Shown: positions 1 through 8,390 of the stretch, one piece after another
Layout of the letters: each line of letters opens with the position of its first letter
Position numbering within the stretch: position 1 is the first letter of the stretch
Source of the DNA: Halogeometricum borinquense DSM 11551
GTDB taxonomy: Archaea > Halobacteriota > Halobacteria > Halobacteriales > Haloferacaceae
Reading direction: 5' to 3'
DNA: 32,000 nucleotides
Assembly (NCBI RefSeq): GCF_000172995.2
Contig: NC_014735.1
Span: 210,001 to 242,000, forward strand
Position numbers and translations under genes: made by a program
The notes under the pieces: generated by a model
The model's database searches: none
Told to the model about the DNA's origin: nothing
The model's input: only the letters and a program-made list of their open reading frames with translations

Positions 1-1
1 A

Positions 2-721
2 GCTTTGAGTTTAATTTCTGTTGATGGTTTATACTATATTGCTATTGCGACTCTCTGTATTATTGGGGTATTGGCTGTTTTGGGAGCAACTTCTAGAGGT
101 TATAGTATCTCTCCATACTTGCTGTTAGCAATCGTTTCTATTCCGTTTATACTGAAAACACCACTTGCGATCAAGTCATTGACTCGGCTGCAACTTCCTC
201 TTGCCTTCTTCCTCTCAATGATTGTAGGACTAGGAATAAAGAATGCACTAAATACCAGAACACGGATAAAAAAAGCAGGAGCTTTATTGACTGTACTCGT
301 GCTATGCGTGACTGGTCCACTTGTTGCCGCCGAGGATTTCTCTGACTCAAATCGCCCTGCCCAATATCAGTTTACAGACTCGGAATATGAGCAACTGAAC
401 AGCGTGGGTACTTTCGCTGAACACTCTCGTATGTCAACGACCCTTTGGGCAGACAGACAGGGCCTCTATTCGTTAGGATATACTTCTTCTGGTCGTGTTA
501 CCTTACGCCGTTCTGGAATAGAATATCCTGAAGGCGTTTTCATTTATAGAACTCGGTGGCCTGAACATCGAATGTCTGTCACTACAAGTCCAGTATATTC
601 CAATAAGGTCGTGATGTCTGATATGTGGCTTTCGGATAGCATTGAATCCTCACACAAAGTATTTTCATCCGGTCAAGTTGGTGTTATTTGGTCAGGAAAT
701 AGAACGACATTGTCTCCGTAG
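2..721 (+). CDS. Integral membrane protein, 5'-truncated by the window edge. Several TM segments are followed by a ~130-aa soluble C-terminal domain. A role as glycan polymerase or transferase is suggested by context only.
   Basis: The frame is open from position 2, and the track's 'start' at position 5 is TTG. Hydrophobic stretches include IAIATLCIIGVLAVLGA, LLLAIVSIPFIL, LAFFLSMIVGLGI and ALLTVLVLCVTGPLVA. No catalytic motif was recognised. Confidence 0.45.
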   Translation, partial: ALSLISVDGLYYIAIATLCIIGVLAVLGATSRGYSISPYLLLAIVSIPFILKTPLAIKSLTRLQLPLAFFLSMIVGLGIKNALNTRTRIKKAGALLTVLVLCVTGPLVAAEDFSDSNRPAQYQFTDSEYEQLNSVGTFAEHSRMSTTLWADRQGLYSLGYTSSGRVTLRRSGIEYPEGVFIYRTRWPEHRMSVTTSPVYSNKVVMSDMWLSDSIESSHKVFSSGQVGVIWSGNRTTLSP

Positions 722-869
722 ATGGTTATTTAGGTATAACTGTTTAATGCTTTCCGCGATTGGAGAAGCGTGCAACTTAAACTGACGGTTCCCCCCACCT
801 AGCGGTGATTTCCTTGTCGTTGTAATGTGGTATTGCGGCTTTTTCTCTTACTAATAGTTTGTTTTAGTC

Positions 870-2120
870 TTACCGATACCCAAGGGCCTCCAATTGTTCC
901 ATTCGCTGCACATCATCGATTCCACGCACGTCCCCTGACATCGTCTTCACGCTAGGGAATGGTTCGCTTCGCACCTTCTCTCGTAGCTCGTTGGTGACAG
1001 TTCCGTATTCATCTTCTGTACCATCACGACGTTTGATGACGTATCCATCTGGTCCTGTAACCCGGATTGATGTATTCGATTTGCTGACCGTGAGGCGACT
1101 AGACGAATCAAGTAACGGATGCGTATCATCTCGAGGATGACTTTGCTGATCAAGCACTGAAGCGACAGTTGCCGGGATATCTGCATGCTGGACACGGTGC
1201 TGAACGATATCACCCGCATGGTTTTCAGAGGGGAATTTGACCGCTAGTGGCACATCAATAAGTTCTTCAACTGGATCGATAGTCATCGGGTGCCACATAT
1301 AGCCATGTTCACCAAACAGCTCGCCGTGATCACTGGCGAGGATGATAAGCGCGTCATCGTACCAATCTTGTGATTGGAGTTCCAGTAGAGCGCGTCCTAG
1401 CCCCCGATCAAGATATCTGACGTTTGCTTCGTAGAGTTCCCAGAGTAGGTCCTGGTGTTCCTTGCTCGGTGGGTCATCTTCACGTTCATAATCGTTCAGA
1501 TATCCGAGTTTCTCTTTCGTAACGGTTACTTTCGGGCCATCAATGGCACGTTCCGGGATGAACGGTTTGTGTGCGTCCATATAGTGGGCCCAGAGGAATT
1601 CCGGAGGGTCTCGGGTTTCTGCAAGCAGCCAGTCCGTCACTACGTCGGCGTCCTTCGCTGGCTTTGAGTACGGTGGTGATTCACTGAGAGATTTATACCA
1701 GCTATAGAGTCGTTTGAGAGTCTGTGAATTTTTAACGTGTTCAATTTCTACAATGCGCTCGAATAGTGAACCGGAAGCTTTGTTCTGATGTGTAGGAAGA
1801 GAGGTATCTGCAAAATCATCAACCCCACGTGAATAACCACGATCTGCCCGCAGATGGCCGTTATTCGTGAATGCGACTGTGCGCCCATCAAATAACTCGG
1901 CAATAGTGGATGTCCCAGATTTGAATTTGCCATCGTCAATAGCTGGAGTACCAGCGATGATCCCAGGGAAGGCGTGTGGTGTGGCGACACCACTAGAGAT
2001 CGCGTTGGGGAAGCGAGTAAAATCGGATGTAATAACAGGCCATGATTTTGGGAAACATTTTTCATTAAAGACATCTTGCCGAACCGTGTCAATTGATATA
2101 AGTATGACAGGACTGATCAT
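870..2120 (-). CDS. Sulfatase-fold / alkaline-phosphatase-superfamily protein (cytoplasmic, no signal peptide)
   Basis: ATG at 2120. N-terminal metal-site motif ILISIDTVRQD and C-terminal SDHGELFGEHG, both typical of the sulfatase/phosphodiesterase fold. No canonical C/S-x-P-x-R formylglycine motif is present. Confidence 0.75.
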   Translation of the reverse strand: MISPVILISIDTVRQDVFNEKCFPKSWPVITSDFTRFPNAISSGVATPHAFPGIIAGTPAIDDGKFKSGTSTIAELFDGRTVAFTNNGHLRADRGYSRGVDDFADTSLPTHQNKASGSLFERIVEIEHVKNSQTLKRLYSWYKSLSESPPYSKPAKDADVVTDWLLAETRDPPEFLWAHYMDAHKPFIPERAIDGPKVTVTKEKLGYLNDYEREDDPPSKEHQDLLWELYEANVRYLDRGLGRALLELQSQDWYDDALIILASDHGELFGEHGYMWHPMTIDPVEELIDVPLAVKFPSENHAGDIVQHRVQHADIPATVASVLDQQSHPRDDTHPLLDSSSRLTVSKSNTSIRVTGPDGYVIKRRDGTEDEYGTVTNELREKVRSEPFPSVKTMSGDVRGIDDVQRMEQLEALGYR

Positions 2121-2529
2121 GATGTATGGTTAAATTGCTAGTTCTTAATTCTGACTCTTCGTTCTAAGTTAGTAATTCAATCGGTAACTCAGATAAACAG
2201 ATGCGATATCCTGGGTAGTTTAGATTCATATCGAAAAATTTAGTACATATCCGATAATAACTTATTTAACTGGGTAGTTCGCGGGGGGTTTGCAGTTTGT
2301 CGCAATGTATCCGAAATTATTCTCGAGAATATTGAGTGGGGGAACCGTCGATGGTGACGAGACGCTTAGTAACTAGTTACCTTCTTCGACGGTATATATC
2401 ATGTCGATGCCGAAGACGCGTTCAAAGAATGGGTGGAGATTTGGGATTGCTGATTCTCTTAACCAACTGTTGTTGGACACATCGCTGTTAACATTTATTT
2501 CACTTGGTATTAGATAAGTGATTAAAGCC

Positions 2530-3426
2530 ATGACTCAACCGGATGTAGCAGGGATAATACTAAATTGGAATAATTATAAGGATACTTCTGAGTGTCTTCG
2601 ATCTCTCAATTCATTAGAATATCGAAATTTCACACCGATTGTTATTGATAATGGGTCTACTGATGGTTCTGGTGAGAAAATAAGGGAAGAGTTTCCTGAT
2701 ATTGATGTCTGTCAGACGAATCAAAATTTAGGATTTGCAGGTGGAATGAATGTTGGGATTAATAAGGCTTTAGAGGAGGAATTTTCCTACATTTGGATAC
2801 TTAATAATGATGTTTTGTTTTCTGATGATAATGTTCTTGGATCCTTAATTCAGACATTAGAAGCTGTTCCAGATGCTGGTGCAGTAACACCGATAGTCAG
2901 AGATGAGACAGACTCATCAGGGATTTGGTTTAAGAAGGGTGAAATAAATTGGAAAACAGCAACAGCAGTGCACTCAAATCAGGACTCCGCAACTAACTCT
3001 GATTTGATTGAGAATCAATATATTCCTCTTTGCTCTGCCCTTTTTCCAGCTTCTGTTTTCCGGGAAGTCGGTCTTTTGCCAGAAGACTATTTCATGTATT
3101 ATGAGGACTTAGAATATGGTGTTAGGGTTCGAAATCATGGGTATAAGATTTTCACAAAGACTAGTACCTCAATAATACACGACCAAGGAGGGACAGCAGG
3201 TGACCAGTACGATTCTTTGTATTCTTACTACAAACCACGGAATTTAATTTTATTTTCAAGAAAATTTAATACTAGGCTTGATTTAATGTACCCGGTGTGT
3301 CTCATATCATGGGTTATCAGTGAAATCGGATTTCGAGCTATCCGAGGATATGCTGTTTCCCCCTTTATTATCGGTCTACTCCATGGTATTCTTGGAAATT
3401 CTGGAAAAGGAAAGTATCCAAAATAG
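2530..3426 (+). CDS. GT2-family glycosyltransferase (rhamnosyltransferase-like)
   Basis: Motifs IILNWNNYKDTSECLRSL...VIDNGSTDGS, NLGFAGGMNVGI, ILNNDV and YYEDLEYG. ATG at 2530; the track ORF starts at an upstream in-frame GTG at 2518. Confidence 0.85.
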   Translation: MTQPDVAGIILNWNNYKDTSECLRSLNSLEYRNFTPIVIDNGSTDGSGEKIREEFPDIDVCQTNQNLGFAGGMNVGINKALEEEFSYIWILNNDVLFSDDNVLGSLIQTLEAVPDAGAVTPIVRDETDSSGIWFKKGEINWKTATAVHSNQDSATNSDLIENQYIPLCSALFPASVFREVGLLPEDYFMYYEDLEYGVRVRNHGYKIFTKTSTSIIHDQGGTAGDQYDSLYSYYKPRNLILFSRKFNTRLDLMYPVCLISWVISEIGFRAIRGYAVSPFIIGLLHGILGNSGKGKYPK

Positions 3427-3488
3427 GGATTTCATAGAAATAGAACAATGTTTATCAGCCGTTCTGACATTGTTGTGTTTGTTCACAA

Positions 3489-4652
3489 ATGGACATTGTA
3501 CAAGTGACTCCATTTCCGGTATACCCTCCGTCTAGAGGAGCAGAACACCGGTCCCATGGATTGATGATTGGGATGGATGACAGTGATCGTGTCATTCGTT
3601 TCTCGTCGGATCCAATTAGCAGTAATAGAGAGAAAAAGTCTGAAATATCAGATAACTATCTGGAAATCAGATCTCAGAACCTTCTCAGCTCTATTCAAGG
3701 ATTCGCTCTGAATCAGATTAATGCTCCTCGTGTTTGGGAATCAAATATCTTGGAATATACTAGCTGGGATTCCTTGGAGAACGAGTTACCTATGGCTGAC
3801 GTGGTTGTAGTAGATCGACCTTGGCAGGTCCCATATATTGCGGAACGGGTTGATCACGATACCCCCCTGGTATATTCTAGCCATAATGTAGAATCGGAAT
3901 TATATTCTCATCTTGATTCGAGTTACCTCACGAAGGGCCTTCTCACAACCGTACGAGACCTTGAACAAAATGCAATTGAGACTGCTGATCTTACTATTAC
4001 AATCTCTAGCCGAGATAAAAATATTTACCAAAACAAATTCGACAAATGTGGTGAAATACATGTTGCACCAGCGGCGGGATATAAAAATACCATAGAAGAT
4101 CAGCAGTCTGCTTCCCCTGCTCTTCCTTTTAATAAAGACAGCTCAGACTTCATTGCTTGCTTTGTTGGCAATGATCATTATCCAAATATTGAAGCGGTTA
4201 ATGAAATTGCGTCAATGGCGAGGAGAACAACAGATGATGGTGTTCAATACTTAATTATTGGGAATGTATGCGACCAGTTTAGTGAGGATAGCGTTCCTCC
4301 AAATATGCACCTTCTCGGTTTTGTTGATTCTATTGAACCATATTATTCACTTTCCGATATTGCACTAAATCCAATTTGCTCTGGTAGTGGTGTTAACATA
4401 AAAATGTTAGAATATTTCCAGCAGGGGGTCACAACTTTGTCAACACCCTTCGGTGCAAGAGGGGTTGAAGCTGAACCGGGGGTCCATTATGCACAATCAG
4501 ATATCTCCAATTTCCCGGAAAAAATAGTTCATCTTAAAAATAATCCCTCTGAAAGAGAAGATATGTCCTCGAATGCTAAATTATTGATCCAAGAAAAATT
4601 GAACTGGGAAACTGTATCCAAGAACCTCTTCTCGAAATTGAGGGAATTATAG
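3489..4652 (+). CDS. GT4-like (GT-B fold) glycosyltransferase
   Basis: ATG at 3489. N-terminal VTPFPVYPPSRGAEHR and a C-terminal GSGVNIKMLEYFQQGVTTLSTPFGARG motif of the glycos_transf_1 type. Confidence 0.75.
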   Translation: MDIVQVTPFPVYPPSRGAEHRSHGLMIGMDDSDRVIRFSSDPISSNREKKSEISDNYLEIRSQNLLSSIQGFALNQINAPRVWESNILEYTSWDSLENELPMADVVVVDRPWQVPYIAERVDHDTPLVYSSHNVESELYSHLDSSYLTKGLLTTVRDLEQNAIETADLTITISSRDKNIYQNKFDKCGEIHVAPAAGYKNTIEDQQSASPALPFNKDSSDFIACFVGNDHYPNIEAVNEIASMARRTTDDGVQYLIIGNVCDQFSEDSVPPNMHLLGFVDSIEPYYSLSDIALNPICSGSGVNIKMLEYFQQGVTTLSTPFGARGVEAEPGVHYAQSDISNFPEKIVHLKNNPSEREDMSSNAKLLIQEKLNWETVSKNLFSKLREL

Positions 4653-4690
4653 AACGTTTAGGTCAAATTTATATTCGCTGTTCACTCTCC

Positions 4691-5839
4691 TTATACTAAT
4701 TCGTGAAATATTTTTATCAAGTCATCTACGACTTTCTCACTTTTGTGTGACTGAATTCTCTGCTGGGCATTTCTTCCAATATCGTTGGATCGGCTATTGA
4801 GCCCTTCCTTTATAGAGTTACAGAGGCTCTCAACGTCCTTTGGGGGTGACAAGTATCCACAAGATTCATCAACAATCTCTGGTATGCCAGAAACAGTTGT
4901 AGTAACGGGTGGTGTTTTCATTGCCATTGCTTCTTTAATCGAGACTGGGACGCCGTCTCGGTCTCCGTTTTTTGCGACGACACATGGTAAAAGGAAGAGC
5001 TGTGCCTCGTCCATCTCTCTTTTGAGCCGTTCGTCACTCACTCGTCCCAGAAAACTAACCTGATCTTTGATCTTAAGATCTTCAGTTAATTCTTTGAGAT
5101 ATTCTGTCCGTGGTCCTGTACCAATCACTCGGTAGTCCACTTTTGTATCGATATTAGCGATAGATCTGAGTGCGTACTCGATTCCTTTCTTCTCTACGTG
5201 GCGGGCAACAGTGAGTATTCTGTTTTCGATATGTCCTTCGGTTGGTTCGAATTTATTCGCGTCAAAACAAGCTGGTACTACATTAACGTCAAGAGTACAG
5301 TTTGCTTCTTTTTCCATATACTCCCGATTATATTCTGATATTGTTAATATTCGATCAGAATGGCGATAAAGGTACTCTCGAGTTGGTGTGTGGTCGAAGC
5401 CATATAGATCGTACGCGTGCGTCATTAGCGTGTGTGGTAGGTCGTATAACCGAGCAACGTAATTTGCTGGTACCTGTGGTGGCATTGCGAAATGCCCGTG
5501 AATATGGTCAATATCAAAGGGTAATGAATCAACATAGGAACTTGCATAGCTTGCATAATATATTGAGTAAGCTTGTCTCAGTGGGTTTTTTGTCCATAAT
5601 AAGGTTTGATAGAATGTAGGATTCAGTACTTCACTAAATTCTAAGTGACGAAATCCCTTTAGAGATGGCTCTGGTGGGGTAAATGAGTGAATATCTGCAA
5701 GTTCGTCGGATGGTTCGTCAGGTGCGTGATGTGAAAATACAGCAACCTGGTGACCACGTTTTCTCAGCTCGCTAATTTCATTCTTCACCCATGTTTCAGA
5801 AAGTTTTGGGTAGTTACCGAGATAATAGAGAATATTCAT
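4691..5839 (-). CDS. GT4 glycosyltransferase (WcaL/colanic-acid-type)
   Basis: MNILYYLGNYPKLSETW... and DRDGVPVSIKEAMAMKTPPVTTTVSGIPE (E-x7-E-like region). The ATG at 5839 lies 1 nt from the stop (5841-5843) of the upstream gene, indicating an operon. Confidence 0.85.
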   Translation of the reverse strand: MNILYYLGNYPKLSETWVKNEISELRKRGHQVAVFSHHAPDEPSDELADIHSFTPPEPSLKGFRHLEFSEVLNPTFYQTLLWTKNPLRQAYSIYYASYASSYVDSLPFDIDHIHGHFAMPPQVPANYVARLYDLPHTLMTHAYDLYGFDHTPTREYLYRHSDRILTISEYNREYMEKEANCTLDVNVVPACFDANKFEPTEGHIENRILTVARHVEKKGIEYALRSIANIDTKVDYRVIGTGPRTEYLKELTEDLKIKDQVSFLGRVSDERLKREMDEAQLFLLPCVVAKNGDRDGVPVSIKEAMAMKTPPVTTTVSGIPEIVDESCGYLSPPKDVESLCNSIKEGLNSRSNDIGRNAQQRIQSHKSEKVVDDLIKIFHELV

Positions 5840-5840
5840 T

Positions 5841-7202
5841 CTATTGGGTATATCCGAGGGCTTTCAGCTGTGACTTTGCAAATTCACCAGTTTTAGAACG
5901 ACCTTCGAAATCGTCCCACTTCTGTGGTAACAATGAGATAAGGGCATCTTCATCTATGTCAGCACTGAAGTCAACTCCACTGTCATTTCTAACCTTTCCT
6001 GCGAAGGTCACATCATCTGATTTGGAGCGTATTGCCATCTCATCTTTTTGGTAGACTGCTTTACGCTCTACTCCATAACGTGCACCCTCACAAAATACTG
6101 CTCGATCAGCTGGAATTGATGACAACCAATTTTGGCCTCCGAATGGTTGTTGTTCAATGGTAAGTGCAGAAATCGTGTTGGGTATATCGATTAGTGATCC
6201 CCACCCCCCCTCTGGGAGATATGTTTCTCCATCTGGGGTTTGTATACTCACTGGAACACGAGCTAATTCGTCGAATGGTGTTCCCCCATGTCCAACTCCA
6301 TAACTTGGTCTTGAGTCTGTAATTCTCTGATCACGTTGCCAATGCTCAAAGTGAGGTTCGCCATGGTCTCCTCCCACAACAATCATGGTATCGTTCTGTA
6401 TTTCATCAATTAGTTTATTAACTTCATCAGAAACATAATCGAGAGCTGCATGATATAGTTTCATGCGTTCTCTACGGTATCTCTGCGCTTCTTCTCCACC
6501 GTCATATTCGTCGGTCCATTTCCCAAACTCACTCAAGAACATCGTTGTATCGATGTCATGTTTATCAATATATTTTGATGGCGGCTCAATTGGATTATGA
6601 AGATCTCCAAGATGCAAATAACCAAAGGTACGGGAATGTTTTCTTCGCCAAGAGAGATAATCGCTGATCACTGTTTGGGCACTCTTATCAGCATAAACTC
6701 GGTTCTGTTCATACCATCCGTTGGTAGCTAGAAATGGTACGATGAACGCACAACCGGAGTACGTCGAATACCCAGCTGATTCAAAAACGTGGGCTAGCGT
6801 GTTTCGGGACTCGTACTGCTTTGGGATTGCGTGGTCTTCTTCTTCGGGGGGTGTGTGTGCAATTGAACCATGTTCGTGGGGATATTGTCCCGTGTGTAGG
6901 CTTGTTATCGCTGGGAAAGTCCACGATCCGGGTGTTATGGCACGCCCAAATTCGAGATCGACATCTGGCTCTGCATCTGGGCGGAGTGCATCAATTATTA
7001 ATACTAATACGTGTTCCGGCGCACTGTCTTGTTTAACATATTTAGTTGACGGTGATTGGTGATTCCAGTCTGCTGATTTAGAGTTATAATAGTAATATAG
7101 GGGAGCGACAATCTCCTCTACTTGGTTTGGAATCTTGTTTACTACAGAACTGGCTATTTTATAAGAGAACGACTTATCGGGCATAGTTGAATTACATTGC
7201 AC
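5841..7202 (-). CDS. Sulfatase-fold / alkaline-phosphatase-superfamily protein (cytoplasmic)
   Basis: LVLIIDALRPD, then WTFPAITSLHTGQYPHEHG, which aligns by eye to the sulfatase CTPSRxxLLTGxYPxxHG block but has Thr in place of Cys. Also VGGDHGEPHFEH. The start is either GTG at 7202 or ATG at 7184. Confidence 0.8.
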   Translation of the reverse strand: MQCNSTMPDKSFSYKIASSVVNKIPNQVEEIVAPLYYYYNSKSADWNHQSPSTKYVKQDSAPEHVLVLIIDALRPDAEPDVDLEFGRAITPGSWTFPAITSLHTGQYPHEHGSIAHTPPEEEDHAIPKQYESRNTLAHVFESAGYSTYSGCAFIVPFLATNGWYEQNRVYADKSAQTVISDYLSWRRKHSRTFGYLHLGDLHNPIEPPSKYIDKHDIDTTMFLSEFGKWTDEYDGGEEAQRYRRERMKLYHAALDYVSDEVNKLIDEIQNDTMIVVGGDHGEPHFEHWQRDQRITDSRPSYGVGHGGTPFDELARVPVSIQTPDGETYLPEGGWGSLIDIPNTISALTIEQQPFGGQNWLSSIPADRAVFCEGARYGVERKAVYQKDEMAIRSKSDDVTFAGKVRNDSGVDFSADIDEDALISLLPQKWDDFEGRSKTGEFAKSQLKALGYTQ

Positions 7203-7225
7203 CTATTGAAAAATATATGGGCCCT

Positions 7226-8260
7226 TCAAATTGTTTCATTTATTAATGATATTGTCTTATCGGCTACTTTATTCCAAGAGTAATTCTCTGCTACCTTTCT
7301 GCATTCTTGTTCCTTGGTTGATTCTATTCTCTCTAGTCCCTCTGATATCTTGTTTGTAATTATACCTGTCTCTTCTGTAAGAACTTCTCCTGCACCGCAT
7401 TTATTAGTTGTAATTACTGGTGTACCGCACGAAAGGGATTCCAGAACTATGTTGCCAAAAGCCTCAAACTTAGTTGGATGAATTGTTGCTAGTGCTCCTG
7501 AGTACAGTTCCCGAAGTTTCTCCTGTGAAACTCTCCCATGAGTGATAATATTGTTATTCTCAACCTCGGTATCGCCAACAATATGCACCGTATATTCTCC
7601 AGATTCAGCATATTTTAGAACCTTAGAAATCCCTTTTCTTTCAGAGGATCCAACAAATAAAACGTAGTCTCCATCTCTCGATGTCGGATAAAATTTGTCA
7701 ACATCTACGCCGTTGTAGATAACATCTGTCTCTAATTGGGCTTCATAATGTTTTTCCCACGCATTTTTATTCAATTCACTAACAAAAATCCCCTTGTCAG
7801 ACTTGTGCAGGGATGTTTGGTCGATCCGTTTCCGAATCGGATGTAGAAAAGAGTCACCAATCTTACCAAATGTCGATAAACCATCTCTGATATAAGGACG
7901 CGTCTCGGTCACGCAATCATGGTATTTGGTGATAAGATTGAGATGTGGAATCTTGAAGGGAAGTGGTGTATGTGTGATAGCGATATCATATTTACTTGTG
8001 TCCAATCTGACTAGCTTACTCCACAATGATACTGGGTATAATAAGTAGTATCCTTTTCTGTATCCAAATTCAACAGGAATAACGTTGATATTTGGATCTA
8101 CTTCCTTTTCTAGTTCGTTCCAAGATTGGGGACACTTGCCTGCTAATACTGTCACATTATGTCCGAGATTTTGGATCTCATTATATAGGTTTTTGAGGTG
8201 ATATGATATTCCACCAAGTACATAAGGCGGGAATTCCCGTGAAATCACAAGGATCTCCAT
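7226..8260 (-). CDS. GT4 glycosyltransferase
   Basis: ATG at 8260. MEILVISREFPPYVLGGISYHLKNL and the E-x7-E region FEAFGNIVLESLSCGTPVITT. It is the first gene of a minus-strand operon running 8260 to 4691. Confidence 0.85.
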   Translation of the reverse strand: MEILVISREFPPYVLGGISYHLKNLYNEIQNLGHNVTVLAGKCPQSWNELEKEVDPNINVIPVEFGYRKGYYLLYPVSLWSKLVRLDTSKYDIAITHTPLPFKIPHLNLITKYHDCVTETRPYIRDGLSTFGKIGDSFLHPIRKRIDQTSLHKSDKGIFVSELNKNAWEKHYEAQLETDVIYNGVDVDKFYPTSRDGDYVLFVGSSERKGISKVLKYAESGEYTVHIVGDTEVENNNIITHGRVSQEKLRELYSGALATIHPTKFEAFGNIVLESLSCGTPVITTNKCGAGEVLTEETGIITNKISEGLERIESTKEQECRKVAENYSWNKVADKTISLINETI

Positions 8261-8390
8261 TTGGTACCAACTCTGTAATCAATCACTCCCTATTAAACTA
8301 CTGTCTGTTATTGCTTCCTTCCGATGAAAGTTCCTATGTCGAAATGAATAACTGTGCTAATATCATTTGAGTAGGTGATTAACCTCCTGT

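Larger units (their letters stand above)
1..8380. other. AT-rich compositional island carrying glycan-biosynthesis genes; likely horizontally acquired and extends beyond the left window edge
   Basis: Hand counts of sample 60-nt lines give ~33% GC at 2521-2580 and ~58% at 9001-9060. The change is abrupt, falling in the 8261-8390 divergent spacer between two GT4 genes. Codons in the island are A/T-ending and its proteins are rich in K/N/I. Confidence 0.7.

Noticed and set aside
870-2120. Annotating the two sulfatase-fold genes (870-2120 and 5841-7202) as bona fide arylsulfatases
   Set aside because: No C/S-x-P-x-R formylglycine motif and no export signal are present. Only the superfamily fold is supported.
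1-8380. Mobile element, integrase or att site explaining the low-GC island
   Set aside because: No transposase, integrase or tRNA gene, and no long terminal repeats, were recognised inside the window. The only repeat is the short bipartite motif around 870-2120. The island's left end is outside the window.
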